Shown here one piece after another: positions 34,626 through 51,771 of a DNA stretch of 64,000 nucleotides. Position 1 is the first letter of the stretch, and the number at the start of each line of letters is the position of its first letter. The notes below the pieces were generated by a model. The model did not search any database. It worked only from the letters and a program-made list of their open reading frames with translations, and had not been told where the DNA came from. The position numbers and the translations under genes were made by a program. The DNA is from Antechinus flavipes (lineage: Eukaryota): positions 580,816,001 through 580,880,000 of the forward strand of contig NC_067400.1 of assembly GCF_016432865.1 (NCBI RefSeq). Reading direction: 5' to 3'.

Positions 34626-35615
34626 TGTAATATTCTTTTCTTTAAATTATAATGTTCTCCAAGATCAGATTTCTTGGGGGACTTCTGGAGGCAGCTTTAG
34701 TTTCAGTTCAGAGTAATAATCACCTCAAGTGCAGCCAGGAGTAAAAAGTTCAATCCTTTATTGTCTCCTTCAAAATAGCCCAGTTATATTTCCTTGGTTC
34801 CGAGAACTCTTGTTGCTAGTCCTTTGCCTCTGCCAGCTTCAGCTTCCAGCTTGTGTGAGTCAGAAACCATTAATAAAACAATTGGATAGATCTCTAGAAG
34901 CAAAGCAAAGTTTATTTACGTTCTGGAGAACGTGTGTCTCAACCATAGAGCAGACAATCGAAGTGAGGAGGCACCGTAGGGGGTAGGGTCAGCGCTTTTA
35001 TCCCTAACACAAATTCCCCCTCCCACCACTGACCCTCATCCTTATTGGCTGAGGATCTTACATTCTAAACGCGGGAACTATCCAAGAAATTGAACTTGGC
35101 CAACAAGTACATAGTTGCCCATATTTGGCTGAAATAGGGAGGATAACAAGAAGGAGACTTAAGCCCTTAGGGGGCTAACGGAGGGGATAGCAGAAAGAGA
35201 CTTTAAGTATGTCCTTAAAATAGCAGGGAGGAGACACTTTAAGTATGCCCTAGACTTAATATTGAAAGTCCTTTAGGCTTACTCAAACTTTGAAATAGAT
35301 GAAGCCTTACTCGAATTTCACAGCTGTCTTGAAAGATCTCATTTTATCTCGTTCAAGCTCTTTCTGAATCCTTTGTTCTGCCCAACTGAATCCTGGCTTC
35401 TCCCCAAAGTCTCTAGTTGGCTTGTGGGAGTTTCTTATGTATGATCTCTTAAAAGTGTGAACTCAAAGGTTGACTCCTCCTCTGAGAGTGGGATTGTGGG
35501 AGCTGTAACTTGTGAATCTCCTGGACTTGTGAATCTCCCGACTGAATCCTGACTTGTAAATCTCCCAAAGTGCCTATCAATTCCAGTGACTTAGCACCTT
35601 GTAAGAATCCTAACA
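34626..35615 (-). mobile_element. Solo ERV LTR (outer element), interrupted by a second LTR
   Basis: TG at 34626 and CA at 35614-35615. Minus-strand AATAAA near 34757. Flanks ATAA/ATAC (imperfect 4-bp TSD). Confidence 0.65.
34852..35355 (-). mobile_element. Solo ERV1-type LTR nested inside another LTR
   Basis: TG..CA, 504 bp, perfect 4-bp TSD AGCT (34848-34851 / 35356-35359). Confidence 0.85.
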
Positions 35616-36454
35616 ATACTCGGCAATAAATGTTAAAATACTGCTGAAAGATGAGAATAAGTAAGGTCATTGGGTCTAGCAATTGAGAGTAGAGCAGTTC
35701 TCCCACTCAAAACCAGCCTTGCAGCTCGGCCCACTGCCGTTGTGAGGATGATCACCAGAGGCAGTGCGGATGGTCAGGAAGGGTAGCTTCAAAATCCAGC
35801 CTGGATGCTTCCTGGGTGACTCTGAGCAAGTCACTAAATCTAGCTGAGCTTCCCTCTCAAGTGGAGCCAATGGGAGCCCATTCCCACAAGGTGATTATGG
35901 GACTGAAATCAGCTAATGAATGTCAAAAGTCCTCTGCAAATCTTAGACACTCTTCTTTCCCTAATTCCACTGAGCTTTGAGATGTGGAAAATCAAGCAAT
36001 ATTCTTGGTACGGTGATAATGAATTTGGAGTCAGAAGATCCTAATTCAAATAACACTTCTAAATCACCTTGGAGAAGGGTTTTAAATTTAAAATGGAGAT
36101 GTCAATGTCAATCTAGGATCAGTGCTTCAGAGAGGACCCAACCACTTTTTCATTTTTTAAAATCAAAAAGTATTAATGGTGAGGTCTAGATATGGAGTAC
36201 CTAAATGAAATTAGGGTTTAATTGAGGTCTAGTGGCAGGTTTGGGGTACAGGAAGTCAAATAGAACTCCCCTGCAACCCCTTTGGATTCGGCCCAAGGAT
36301 ACGTACGGAGTTAAATGAAGTCTAGTAGTGGGCAAGAGTCCCCAATAAAGGAGTTTATTGATCCGAAAAGCTAGACGATAAAAGAGGTTTATTATGAGGT
36401 TTGGAAGTAAGGTTAAAGCATACTTAAGGAAATAGGTGAAGGTAGAGATAAGAG

Positions 36455-36953
36455 TGGTGAGGACAATGCACCCTCGCCCAGAAGAGCATCTGCATTCCCT
36501 GGGAAAGACTCTGTTCCCACACATTATGCACTTTTTGGATGCAAAACCTACATTCCCTGGGAAAGACTCTGTTCCCACACATTATGCACCTTTTGGATGC
36601 AAAACCTACATTCCCTGGGAAAGACTGTTCCCATTCATTATGCACCTTTTGGATGCAAAACCTACATTCCCTGGGAAAGACTCCTTTCCCACACCCTATC
36701 TCAAGTATGTTCCTTTCAGATGTAAAACCCAAATTGTTTTGTTTCTGTATAAGAGTAAGCCCTGAGAAAATGTCTTTTGGCAATTCTTTGACTTTGCCCA
36801 CTAAGAGAACATCTTGGTATCTCTCTCTTTAATAAAAGCCTTTTCTTATCACAGCCTTTTGTGTAGTGTTTCTCGCTGTGAACCCGCCCTAACTTAGTGT
36901 TCTGGAGAACTAGGAGACCAACCCATTTTCCTGCCACGATCCATACCTCATCA
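36455..36953 (+). mobile_element. Solo ERV1-type LTR nested in the opposite orientation inside another LTR
   Basis: TGGTGAGG..CCTCATCA termini, 499 bp, perfect TSD AGAG (36451-36454 / 36954-36957). TATAAG near 36748 and AATAAA at 36831-36836. Confidence 0.88.
36493..36692 (+). repeat. 58-bp tandem repeat, about 3.5 copies, in LTR U3
   Basis: Units start at 36493, 36551, 36609 and 36665 (cattccctgggaaagactctgttcccacacattatgcac[ct]ttttggatgcaaaaccta). Confidence 0.95.
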
Positions 36954-38724
36954 AGAGGACACTAGAAACAGGATTCTAGCAAACAGAGGGTCCTTGGGGT
37001 GCAGCATGTTTCGCCCCTCTATAAAGAGAGGGTTTCAGCTTAACTTTTTTATAATGAGAGATTTAGCTAAAGGGGCCTGTGGGTGGAGTCCCAAGTTGAC
37101 TCAGATCCAGGAAGGGCTGGGACAGGCCCAGATCTTCTATTGGAATTCAGAGGGACCAGAATTTGTGAATCAAAAGGTCCTGGATTGACAAAGAAAGGAA
37201 TAAATCAATTCTTAAAGGGGAGCTACCCGCATCATTAGTATGTGCAAAACTCTGGTCAGTTAATAGATACTGGGCCTCCTAAATGCTAGCTACTATGCAG
37301 TGCCCTGAAGGTGAAAAGAGGCAAAAGAGTCTGCACTCAGAGAGCTCACCCTCTCATGGGGAAGATAACAGGCAAAGAACCTTGTACAAATACGTTAACT
37401 GTAAGAAACATAAGAGAGAAGGTACTAAAGGGAGTTTCTGGTGGTCAGATGTTTTAAAAAAAAAACAAAATATTTTACCAAGAACTCCACTGAGCCACTG
37501 ATGAATGCAGCAAAAATTTATTTTACTTCCTTGCAAGAATGGGTGCCTAGGTTAGTAGATACACTTTTGAAATCACAAAGGCATCCAAGGCAATCCCAAT
37601 AAACTTTGGATAGAAAATGCCATCTGCATCCAAAAGAACTATGGAGATTGAATGTAAATCAACACATGCTTTGTTGACTTCTTTTTTCTGGGTTGTTTTT
37701 TTCCTCTCCCAGCATGATTCATAAGGCAATGTGTATTAAAAAATAAAAAATAAAAAACATCTAAGAATTTTATTTCCTGTCTTGAAGTGCAAGTTCTTCA
37801 ACCCTGATTCCCCATTAATTGGATGTTACAGAAGAATGTGAATCTCCACCCTTTATTACATAGCCAGTCCCTGTCCCCAAGGAACTTATGTTTTTATGGA
37901 AGCAAATTCCAGAGACCTCCGGTTCAAATCTCCCTCCTTGATTATTATTTGATGTCCTTGTGGGTTCCAATTTTCTAATTTGTCTCATTTCTCCAATTTT
38001 CATAACTGGAAACCAAATACTCATTTATTTCTTACATAGGGAAGCCAGGATTCAAAGCATTCCACAAATGAGTGAAAATGTCCAGAGCCAAGAGATGAGT
38101 GTTTTCCTGGAACACCCAGGAGGCAGGTGTTAAGGGATCAGAGTAAGAACTGGAAAAGCAGGGACCGACCAGGTTATGAAGGGCTTTGAACACCTTCAGA
38201 AGAGGTACTTGATTTGGGAGATGATAGGAAGGATGATAGGAAGACAGAGAGGTTTGTGGATTAGAAGGGGAAAGGGTTAGATCTGCATTCTAGAGAGATC
38301 TCTTACTTCAGGGAATGGTCTAGGGTGGGACAGGTGTGAGTGCAGACCCACCTGCAGCTATTGCATGAGGAGATGAGGGGCTGTTGGCAGTGTCAGAGAA
38401 GAGAGGAGCAAGGGGGAATTCAAGAAGTATTACAAAAGTAAAATTGACAGGCCTTGGCAACAGATTGGATATGGGAGGGGATGAGCGATAATGAGAAGGA
38501 TGCCCAATAGGATATGAGCCTGAGGGACAGAGACAGGGAAGATAGCAGGCCCTTGACAATATGGTAGTTTGGAAAGGAGGAGGGCTTGGGGGAGGGCAGA
38601 GAGGACTGGGCGTGTTGAGTTTAAGATTTCAACAAGACATTCAGTTCAAGATGTCCAGTAGGCACTTAGAGAATGGAAGACAAAATGAGCAGAGAAATTG
38701 GAGCAAGATAAGTAGATTTGAGAT

Positions 38725-39326
38725 TGAAGAGGGGACCCCAAACTCTAAAAATCCTCAAAAGAGAAAATCTCCTTCAACCCTGCCTCAGTGAGAGACCGCC
38801 CCAGGGAATCAAATGTAGATCTTCCATTTGATTTAACTCAAACTGTACCCAGCCCCATCCAGGACAACCCCTGCTCCACTAAGACACTCAATTTAAGAGT
38901 CAATCTAAAACCCTCTCTTTGCAGAGGTTCCAAACATGCCAGCTCTTGCCATGCTTGGGATGTCAAGGACCTCTGTCTGGAATACTCTTTCTAGTGCCAT
39001 CCTCTCTTTACCCTCACCTATTTCCCTAACCAGACTTTATGCCTCTCTGTCAGGATTTCTAACCTTATGTCCAATCCCCATAATAAACCTCTTTTATGAA
39101 TCTAGGTTTTTGTATCTGTAAATTCTTTTACAGAGAACCTCCACACCGCCAGAAGGGAGTCCCCAAAACAACCTACCCTTGCGCTGAATACCAAGGAGTT
39201 GCAGGGGAGCCAAATCTCTCCATTTGGCTCCCTGAGCCCCAAACCTGCCACTAGACCTTATCATTTAACTCCCTGACCACCAGAAACCCTAATTTCATTT
39301 TGGTTCCCTAAATCTAGACCTTATCA
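38725..39326 (+). mobile_element. Solo ERV1-type LTR inserted in an L2 remnant
   Basis: TG..CA, 602 bp, perfect TSD AGAT (38721-38724 / 39327-39330), AATAAA at 39082-39087. L2-like sequence continues on both sides. Confidence 0.85.
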
Positions 39327-40466
39327 AGATGATCACCAAACCATGGGAGCTGGTGAGATCACTAAATGAAATAACATGGCCAGAGAAGAGAAGAGAGCCC
39401 AGGGACACCATAATTAGCAGGTGTGACCTGGAGTCAGCCAAGGACACAGAAAGGGCAGTCCCAAGTGGGAGGACAAGCAGGAGACACAAACGGAAAAGGA
39501 AGACAATCTTTGTTCTCAAAAAGTCATAGGAAGTGTCAGCTGGAAGTCTAGTGGAAAGGCCCAGTGGTTCTGGGGGGCAGATGAGAGTCCACGTTCCTTA
39601 GGGTCACTTTTATATCTATCTATGGTGTTGTGACATGAACCATGTGACAATGCCAGGAACCTTGGTGGTGAGACTGCAAGTCAGGGAGGACAGAAATATA
39701 CCTGTCCTCAAGGAGCTTCCTTCAATCTGTCCCTGGAGGTTGGGGAGTCCACAGATGGCTCAGTGGCAGTAGATGCAAGGCCTATTAGTAAGACTGAGGA
39801 CTTCCTCAGGAAATGAATGCTGAGTCAGTTTGTCATTTAGTAACCTTGGAAAGTAGCAATAACAAGTCACAGTTCCACCAGAGAGGTGACAGACTAGGGG
39901 TGTGGATTAAGACTCATCTGTGTGCTCACTGTACCTAACAACTATACTTATTTGTTACACTAGAGGCCTTTCATTTTGGGAAGAAACTAGAGAATTCTGG
40001 AGGGGAGAAATTAGCAATTAACACCCCCCCCCCCCAACGAAAAAGCATTAATGAAAAAAACTTTTAAACACACAGAATAAAAGGACATTTAGAGCAGGCC
40101 ATAGACAAGCAGCACACTTTTTAGGATCCAGGCTAAAAAACCCCAAAAGCTTGAGGGAGTGCAATTTCACATGAAATCCTTTTTATGTACTTTGTATGTG
40201 TATAAGTCTTAGTTAAGGAGAAACCTATGGACGAATGTCTGCCTTCATCCTGCCATGATCTGGCCAGACAACTTCCAGGGCTCTCACCCTTCAGCTAGGA
40301 GATCATTTCTGGCTGGCCAGGTTCCTGGAATTCTCAGCTTTACTTCCCTCAGAGGGCCAGGTGGTGCAGTGGAGAGAGCATGGGGCCCAAGGTTCCAGTC
40401 CAGCCTCAGACAATAGCTGTATGTCCCTCGACAAGTTGCTTAACTTCTGTCTGCTTCAGTTTCTCA

Positions 40467-40896
40467 TGTAATGCTGGAGAAACTGAGCAAGACAGAGATT
40501 AGAGAACAATTTAATTTATTAAGTGGAGAGATTTTCTGGGACCAAATGATCCATGTTTGGATTCTCAAAGAATCCAGCCCTGAGTATCGGGATAGCAAGA
40601 TTTTTTATAGGATAACAAGAACAATGACATAATGGGGGAGGTAGCTGGATGGGGATAACTTAATGGGGGGAGGCACCTAGGATGACACAATGGAGGGAGG
40701 TACTGGAGAGGTTACTGATATGATATTCTAATGATGTCTAAAATGGAAAAACTTTTACCCTGTCAAACATTAAGAAGGAATGATTATAGCCTAAAGATGT
40801 AAAACCTTTATCTTTTCAAACATTTTAAGAGGGAAAGGTTATAACCTGAGGCAGATAGGACAATTGGGAAACTGGGTCAAGACATGTGGCACAACA
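40467..40896 (-). mobile_element. Solo ERV1-type LTR inserted in a MIR/CORE SINE
   Basis: TG..CA, 430 bp, perfect TSD CTCA (40463-40466 / 40897-40900). SINE halves lie on both sides. Confidence 0.85.
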
Positions 40897-42205
40897 CTCA
40901 TACGGTTAAAAAGGGATCACAACAGCACCTATTTCCAGTGTTACATGTAGAGCATCAAAGGAAATATTTGTACAAGTATATATAGCACAATGGCCAGGAC
41001 TTAAGTGCTTCAGAAACGCTTACTCCTCTTCTCCCTCGAGTAGCTCCTGAACCTAGACTCCTTAGAGCATTTCCTCCCATTTGGTAAGCTCCTGGAGCAC
41101 AAGGACTGTCTTTTTCTTATTTACATCCCCAGCATCTGGCTCAGTGCCGGGCCCCTAAGTGCTTCACAAACGCTTTTTGAATCCAGTTTTCCTTTCCCTC
41201 TTCTTTTATGAGCTTTTTGTGGGAAGGGCTCAGTCTTAGAGACAGCCAAGTCCTCGTTTGCTCCCGGAGCTAGGTAAACAGCCACATGGGGCTCTGCCGC
41301 AGACTGAGACGTTTTGGGGGGCGTGGCCAGGGAGGTGGAGACAGATTTTTGGCCAGTGGCAGAATTTGTTTTCTTTGATTATGCAAATTGATACAAGGAT
41401 TTTTTTTTTGTTTATGGAGGGTGAGGGGAAAAGGAAAGAAAATAGATTTTTGTTCATTGAAAAAATTGTATTAACGTGTACAGACTCTTACTTCTTGAGG
41501 CAATTTCTAAAGCCATAGAGAGTTTTTGCCCCCTGCGTTGCTCCCACTTCCGAATCACAGTTTTGGAGACCTCCCCCTCCAGTGCTGGAACCTTAGCTTG
41601 CCCAGGCCCGGCTACCCAGACTCTTTTACCTTTCCCCACGCATGACCAGCTGTTCTCTGTCCCCTTATTCTGCTCACTAGGACAGAAGCAGACATGTCTT
41701 CTCCGGGACATCTCCACTCACGGGGCCTTTTCCCATACCCATCTTATCTTTCCCTGCTTTGCCCACTGGTCCCGTTACTCTCCCTTCTCCGCGTAATCCC
41801 TCGCTTTACTCGGCTGGGGTGTCCGTCTCCTTTGAGGCGAGGGTCCCCCAAGTAAAAGCCCAAATAAAGGCTTGTGCTCGATTTGGAGATGGTTTGACCA
41901 GAAAGCTTTCGGAGAGGGCTCCGTGATCGCTTCCCCGGCCCCGACGTTTCGATCCTGCGCACAAAAGGTCCCGCATGTAGGAAGCGCCCAGAAACATGTC
42001 AAGCACGCAGGAGCCAAGGAAGGTCCGCGGGCGATGCGAGCTCTCCACCTGCTCTGGGAACGTGCCCCAGGTCCTTCGCTAAGGACGCCATCCGCCTGCC
42101 TCCGGGTATTCTCCCCTCCTTCCCAACCTGGGAGGGGGTCACAGGGCTGAGGTGGGGAGCGGCGGGCCCCGGCCACCTGGGATCGGCTTTCCAGGTGGCG
42201 CCCTC

Positions 42206-42320
42206 TTTTTTCTGCTGAGACAATTGAGATTAAGTGACTTGCCTAGGGTCACACAGCTAGGAAGTGTTAAGTGTTAGAGGTCAAATTTGTGCGCTATTCA
42301 CTGCGCCCCCTAGCGGCTCC
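42206..42320 (-). mobile_element. Internally deleted WSINE1-like SINE in the GALE CpG island
   Basis: Aligns to 16784-16940 but lacks about 30 bp spanning the B box. Confidence 0.8.
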
Positions 42321-44164
42321 TACGCTCCGTCCTCTAAGGGACACCCGCCCCGACTCCCACCCCGCCCCCAGCTCCCGAGGCAGCGAGCTCTAAGTCAGGC
42401 TTGGCTTTGGGAGTCAAAGGCAACTGCGTCAGCCTTCCCGCCGGACAGGAGCCACCTGCTCAGGCTCACGTCAACGAACTTTTGCCACCCCTTCGCTTAG
42501 CAGCTCAGTGGTATGGCCTGGTCCATTCATTTCCTCCATACACCCCACCCAAAAGGACGCGATTCTTCCTTCCCCGCTTGCTGCTGTACAATGGTACAGT
42601 CTGCTCTCTCCTCGCCAGCCCCTCTTCGGAAGCGCATCACGCAGGCGCCTTAGAGCCGTCTGGTTCCTTTTTGACCTCCTTCCGTCTCCATAGTCCGAGC
42701 CTCGGTGACACGTTTCCATGGGGCCTTAGGTAGCGTGTGCCGAAGGGGGCGTGGAAGGGGGCGTGACCGAGATCTTTAAAGGGGACGCGCGTAGAGTGGC
42801 CCTGGATCTCAGCCGACCTGGCGCTGGACCCCGCTCTCCCAATCTGTGAGCCAAGAAGGCAAGCCCCCTGCTGAGCAGGTACGGGGACTGCGGGCGGGGT
42901 TAGAGGGGCCCGGGCTCGCCGAGCGGAGCGGATGGAAGGGAGGAGTAGCCCAGCCCCGGAGGTGGATCTCAACTAGAGGATGGGTGGGAGTCCGGAGAGT
43001 GAGAGACAAGGCGAGGGTGACGATCGATACTCATCATCACCCAGTCGGGAAGGAGACTCCTCGTAAAGGGGCGCTTCGCAAATGTTGCTCCGGGATTATC
43101 CCCACAGCAGCCCTGCGAAGTAGTCGGTGCTATTATTCCCATTTTGCAGTTGATGAAACTGAGGCAAACTGGTCAAATGACTTGGCTAAGGTCAGCCGGT
43201 TAGCTCCAGCCATTGGCGTTCAGGTCTATCCGGGCTGCACCATCCACCGCCTCTGAACAGTGAGGATGGGCTGAGCGCTCTCGGTGGGAAAGAGGGAGCT
43301 AAGACTGGGAGGGAGGGAGTCCTCGAGGAGGGGCAGCCTGCGGGGAGCGGAGCTCCACGGCTGGGCCGGGGCCCCGCATCCTCGGACCCGGGCGGGGACG
43401 GATAGCTGCCCCTTCCCTAATCTCTCGTCCCACCCCGGGAAAGAAGAGCCGACGCCACAGGTGGGGGCGGGGGCCGGATCCCGGGGTGTTTGTGCTTGGC
43501 GGGGCACTGTGTTGGGCCAAAGTCCCTGAGGGTAGAGGCCAGCTGTGTGAGGAGGGGGAGAGGGAGGCATGGGGGCCAGTGGGGAGAGGGCCCAGAGTTG
43601 GCCGGAGCCCCGTGCACACGCTCCTTTTCCCTCGCTTGGGCCTCACACCCCTTCATTCATTGGGAAGCCCCGCCAGACGCGAGCCGGACCGGGCTGACTC
43701 CCCCGGCCCGGGGAGGGGTCTCTCCGGCCAATAGCAGCTCCGCCCTCCTTCGGCTCCTCCCCAGGCTGGCCCTGGTTCTGTTCCGAGAGACCCTTTGCCC
43801 TTCTTTGGGTCCTGGGCACGTTGGGAGCCTCTGTCCCCTCCCCCCCATCCCTGCCCCTTCGGGGCAGTTGAAGACGCCCCTTAGTGCGGGGCAGGGAGTG
43901 GGGGAGGGGCCCCTGGGCAAAAGGGGCGGGGCGCGGAGTTCCGCGAAACCTGAATGCATTCCTCCTTCCTCTTCCCTTGGCGGGGAGGAACCTCCCTACC
44001 TGCCCGCTTGGCAGGGGCCGAGCCACGTCCGCAGCCCGAGCCCGCTCTGGGAGGGACAGCTGGGAGGGAGGGGGGGCCCGGAGGTCTCCCAGGAACAGCT
44101 CGGGGGGAGGGGAGGTGACCCCGCGCAGCACGGGGGCTGGAGGCTCTGCACCTTGTTCCAGACG

Positions 44165-46447
<2,283 letters not shown>

Positions 46448-46829
46448 CGGGCCACTGAGGGTCGTGGGAAACGATGGACCGCCCCCACCTGAGCTTTCAC
46501 CTGGCCTTATTACATCTCTGGCCTCCTGAGGACCAAGGGAAGGAGGGAGGGGCACCAAATGCCCACCTCAGAGCCCACCTAGCTCCTCCCTGGAGGCCAC
46601 GCCTGCCAGGGAGGGCACGGGAGCCAGGGAGGGCTCACCTTCCTACCTCACCCCCACCCAGGGGACCTCCTTCCTCCAGGGAGCTGAAAGTGCCCATCTC
46701 CTGCCCACCAGGACCAGGCCCATCCAAGAGGAGCCCTCATGGTCCCCAAAGCATGGGGGAGAGGGAGGTGGGTGGGTACAGACCCAGCCCCCTCCCCAAA
46801 TCATTTCAAGTCTTGTAATCGGGTCGGCA

Positions 46830-46835
46830 AATAAA
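46830..46835 (+). terminator. Polyadenylation signal of GALE
   Basis: AATAAA followed by the T/GT-rich element gtttcttacactttgtctct. Confidence 0.75.
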
Positions 46836-46975
46836 AGTTTCTTACACTTTGTCTCTGGGCCTTGGTACCGGGGAGAAGGCCAGGAAGCCGGACAGGAAGC
46901 CGGACCACTCTATGGTTCTGAATTCCCCCTTCTCCTCCCCCCCACAAAACTCAGAGCAAGAAGCCAGGTGGAAGG

Positions 46976-46981
46976 TTTATT
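46976..46981 (-). terminator. Polyadenylation signal of LYPLA2
   Basis: TTTATT on + (AATAAA on -), about 0.9 kb downstream of the LYPLA2 stop. Confidence 0.7.
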
Positions 46982-47888
46982 TTTCTTTAATCTGGATGAC
47001 TTGGAGACACATAACAAGAAACGAAAAACGCCCAAAACCACATGGAGGAGGAGGAAGATGAGCCCCTTTTGGGCCCAGAACCTGAGCCCCAGCCCCCTCC
47101 CAACAGGCCAAGAAGGGCCACCCAACGGGATGTCTGAGCAGAGGTCCATGGGCCCCAGGCCTGCGGGCTGGAGCAGATACCATCAGGGGATGTGGGGGGG
47201 AAGAAACCCCTGCCCAGGCGCACCTGCCCTCTCCCCACCCCCACCCCCAAGACCTGGGCCCCAGCCCCTCCCCAGCAGGGAGGGGCACAGCAGCAAGAGG
47301 GGCCTGACCCAGAGGAGGCGCATTGTCAGCAGAAAAAATAAGAGACATTCATGATGAGGGCCAGGGGACAGGAGTGCGGCAGAAAACACATGATTATCTG
47401 ATTGAGGAAGGGGGGACCCAGCTCTCCCTGCAGCAGGAGGATGGGGGGAGTGGGTGTATGAGTGGGGGCGCCCGCAGGCCCCCCCTGCCCAAACACTGAG
47501 GTCACCTGGGGGGAAGATCAGGAGAGGGGTACACCCAGAAGCTGGACCCGTGAGGTACATACAGGTCCTGAGTGGGTCAGCGGCTGGGCCCCCATGCACC
47601 CCTAGCAATACTGTGGCCCTGGGGGACTGGAGATCTGGAGGACAGACTATGGCAGCTGAGATCCCGAGCCTCCCAGGAGAGGGGAGGCTGCACCTTTGAT
47701 CCCCCACCTCTCAGGACAGTGATGAGACAGGGAAAGAGGGATGGGAACAGGAGCTAGGAAAGCAATGATCTCCAAGGGGGAGGGACCCAGTCCTGGGGTG
47801 GGGGAGGGGGCTGCCATGGCTTCCACTTCATGTTCAGAGATCAGATCCTGCTGTGGGCCCCCCCAGCCCCACCTGGGGGAGGATCCTG

Positions 47889-51169
<3,281 letters not shown>

Positions 51170-51583
51170 TTAGGTTCTCTGCACTGCCGGTGGCAGGGTC
51201 CGTGTCTTTCTCCCCCCATGGGTTCTGCTGCCGGATTTTAGGTTAGGTAAAGGTGGAGGGCCCGAATCCTGGGCATTGTGGTCTGGACTCCTGCCTCTGC
51301 CCCTCTCTGTGTCCTTGCCCCATGCTTTCTCTGGGGCCTGGGACCTCTGACATCGTCTGGCTACTGTGAGGGAGCCAGGGGGCATGGCACAGGAGAGGAG
51401 AGATGGCACTTTCTCCCAAAGCCAGGGCAACAGGGCCTCTCCCCTCTGACACAGGCCGAGCTGGGTGGCCCTCCTGGGCAGGGTCAGTCCGGGCACAGGG
51501 GTGGCCACAACAGGAGCCAGGGCTTGGGCTTGGGGACCAGGAGGCCCTGGATCCCTGACCTTTTAGGCCCAAACTGCCCAGAG

Positions 51584-51771
51584 CAGGGGCCCTCAAACTT
51601 TTAAACTAGGGGCCAGTTCACTGCCCCTCAGACTGTGGGAGGCCAGACTATAGTAAAAACAAAGACTTTGTTCTGTGGGCCTTTAAATAAAGAAACTTCC
51701 TAGCCCTGGGGGAGGGGGATAATCGTCCTCAGCTGCTGCATCTGGCCCGGGCAGTAGTTTGAGGACCCCTG
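51584..51771 (-). mobile_element. Non-autonomous hAT element (OC1/OposCharlie1-like MITE), 188 bp
   Basis: 16-bp TIRs CAGGGGCCCTCAAACT / AGTTTGAGGACCCCTG (15/16 match). Perfect 8-bp TSD GCCCAGAG (51576-51583 / 51772-51779). Confidence 0.92.

Larger units (their letters stand above)
36177..37234 (-). mobile_element. Solo ERV LTR (outer element), same family as 38725-39326, interrupted by a second LTR
   Basis: The reverse complement aligns by eye to 38725-39326 on both sides of the insert (e.g. ccccaaacctgccactagacct, aaaccctaatttca, aaaccctctcttt). Flanks TTAA/TTAG. Confidence 0.75.

Noticed and set aside
36424-36832. Repetitive ORFs, or a CRISPR-like array
   Set aside because: Units are identical head-to-tail with no unique spacers, lie inside an ERV LTR in a mammal, and the 58-bp period simply rotates the reading frames.
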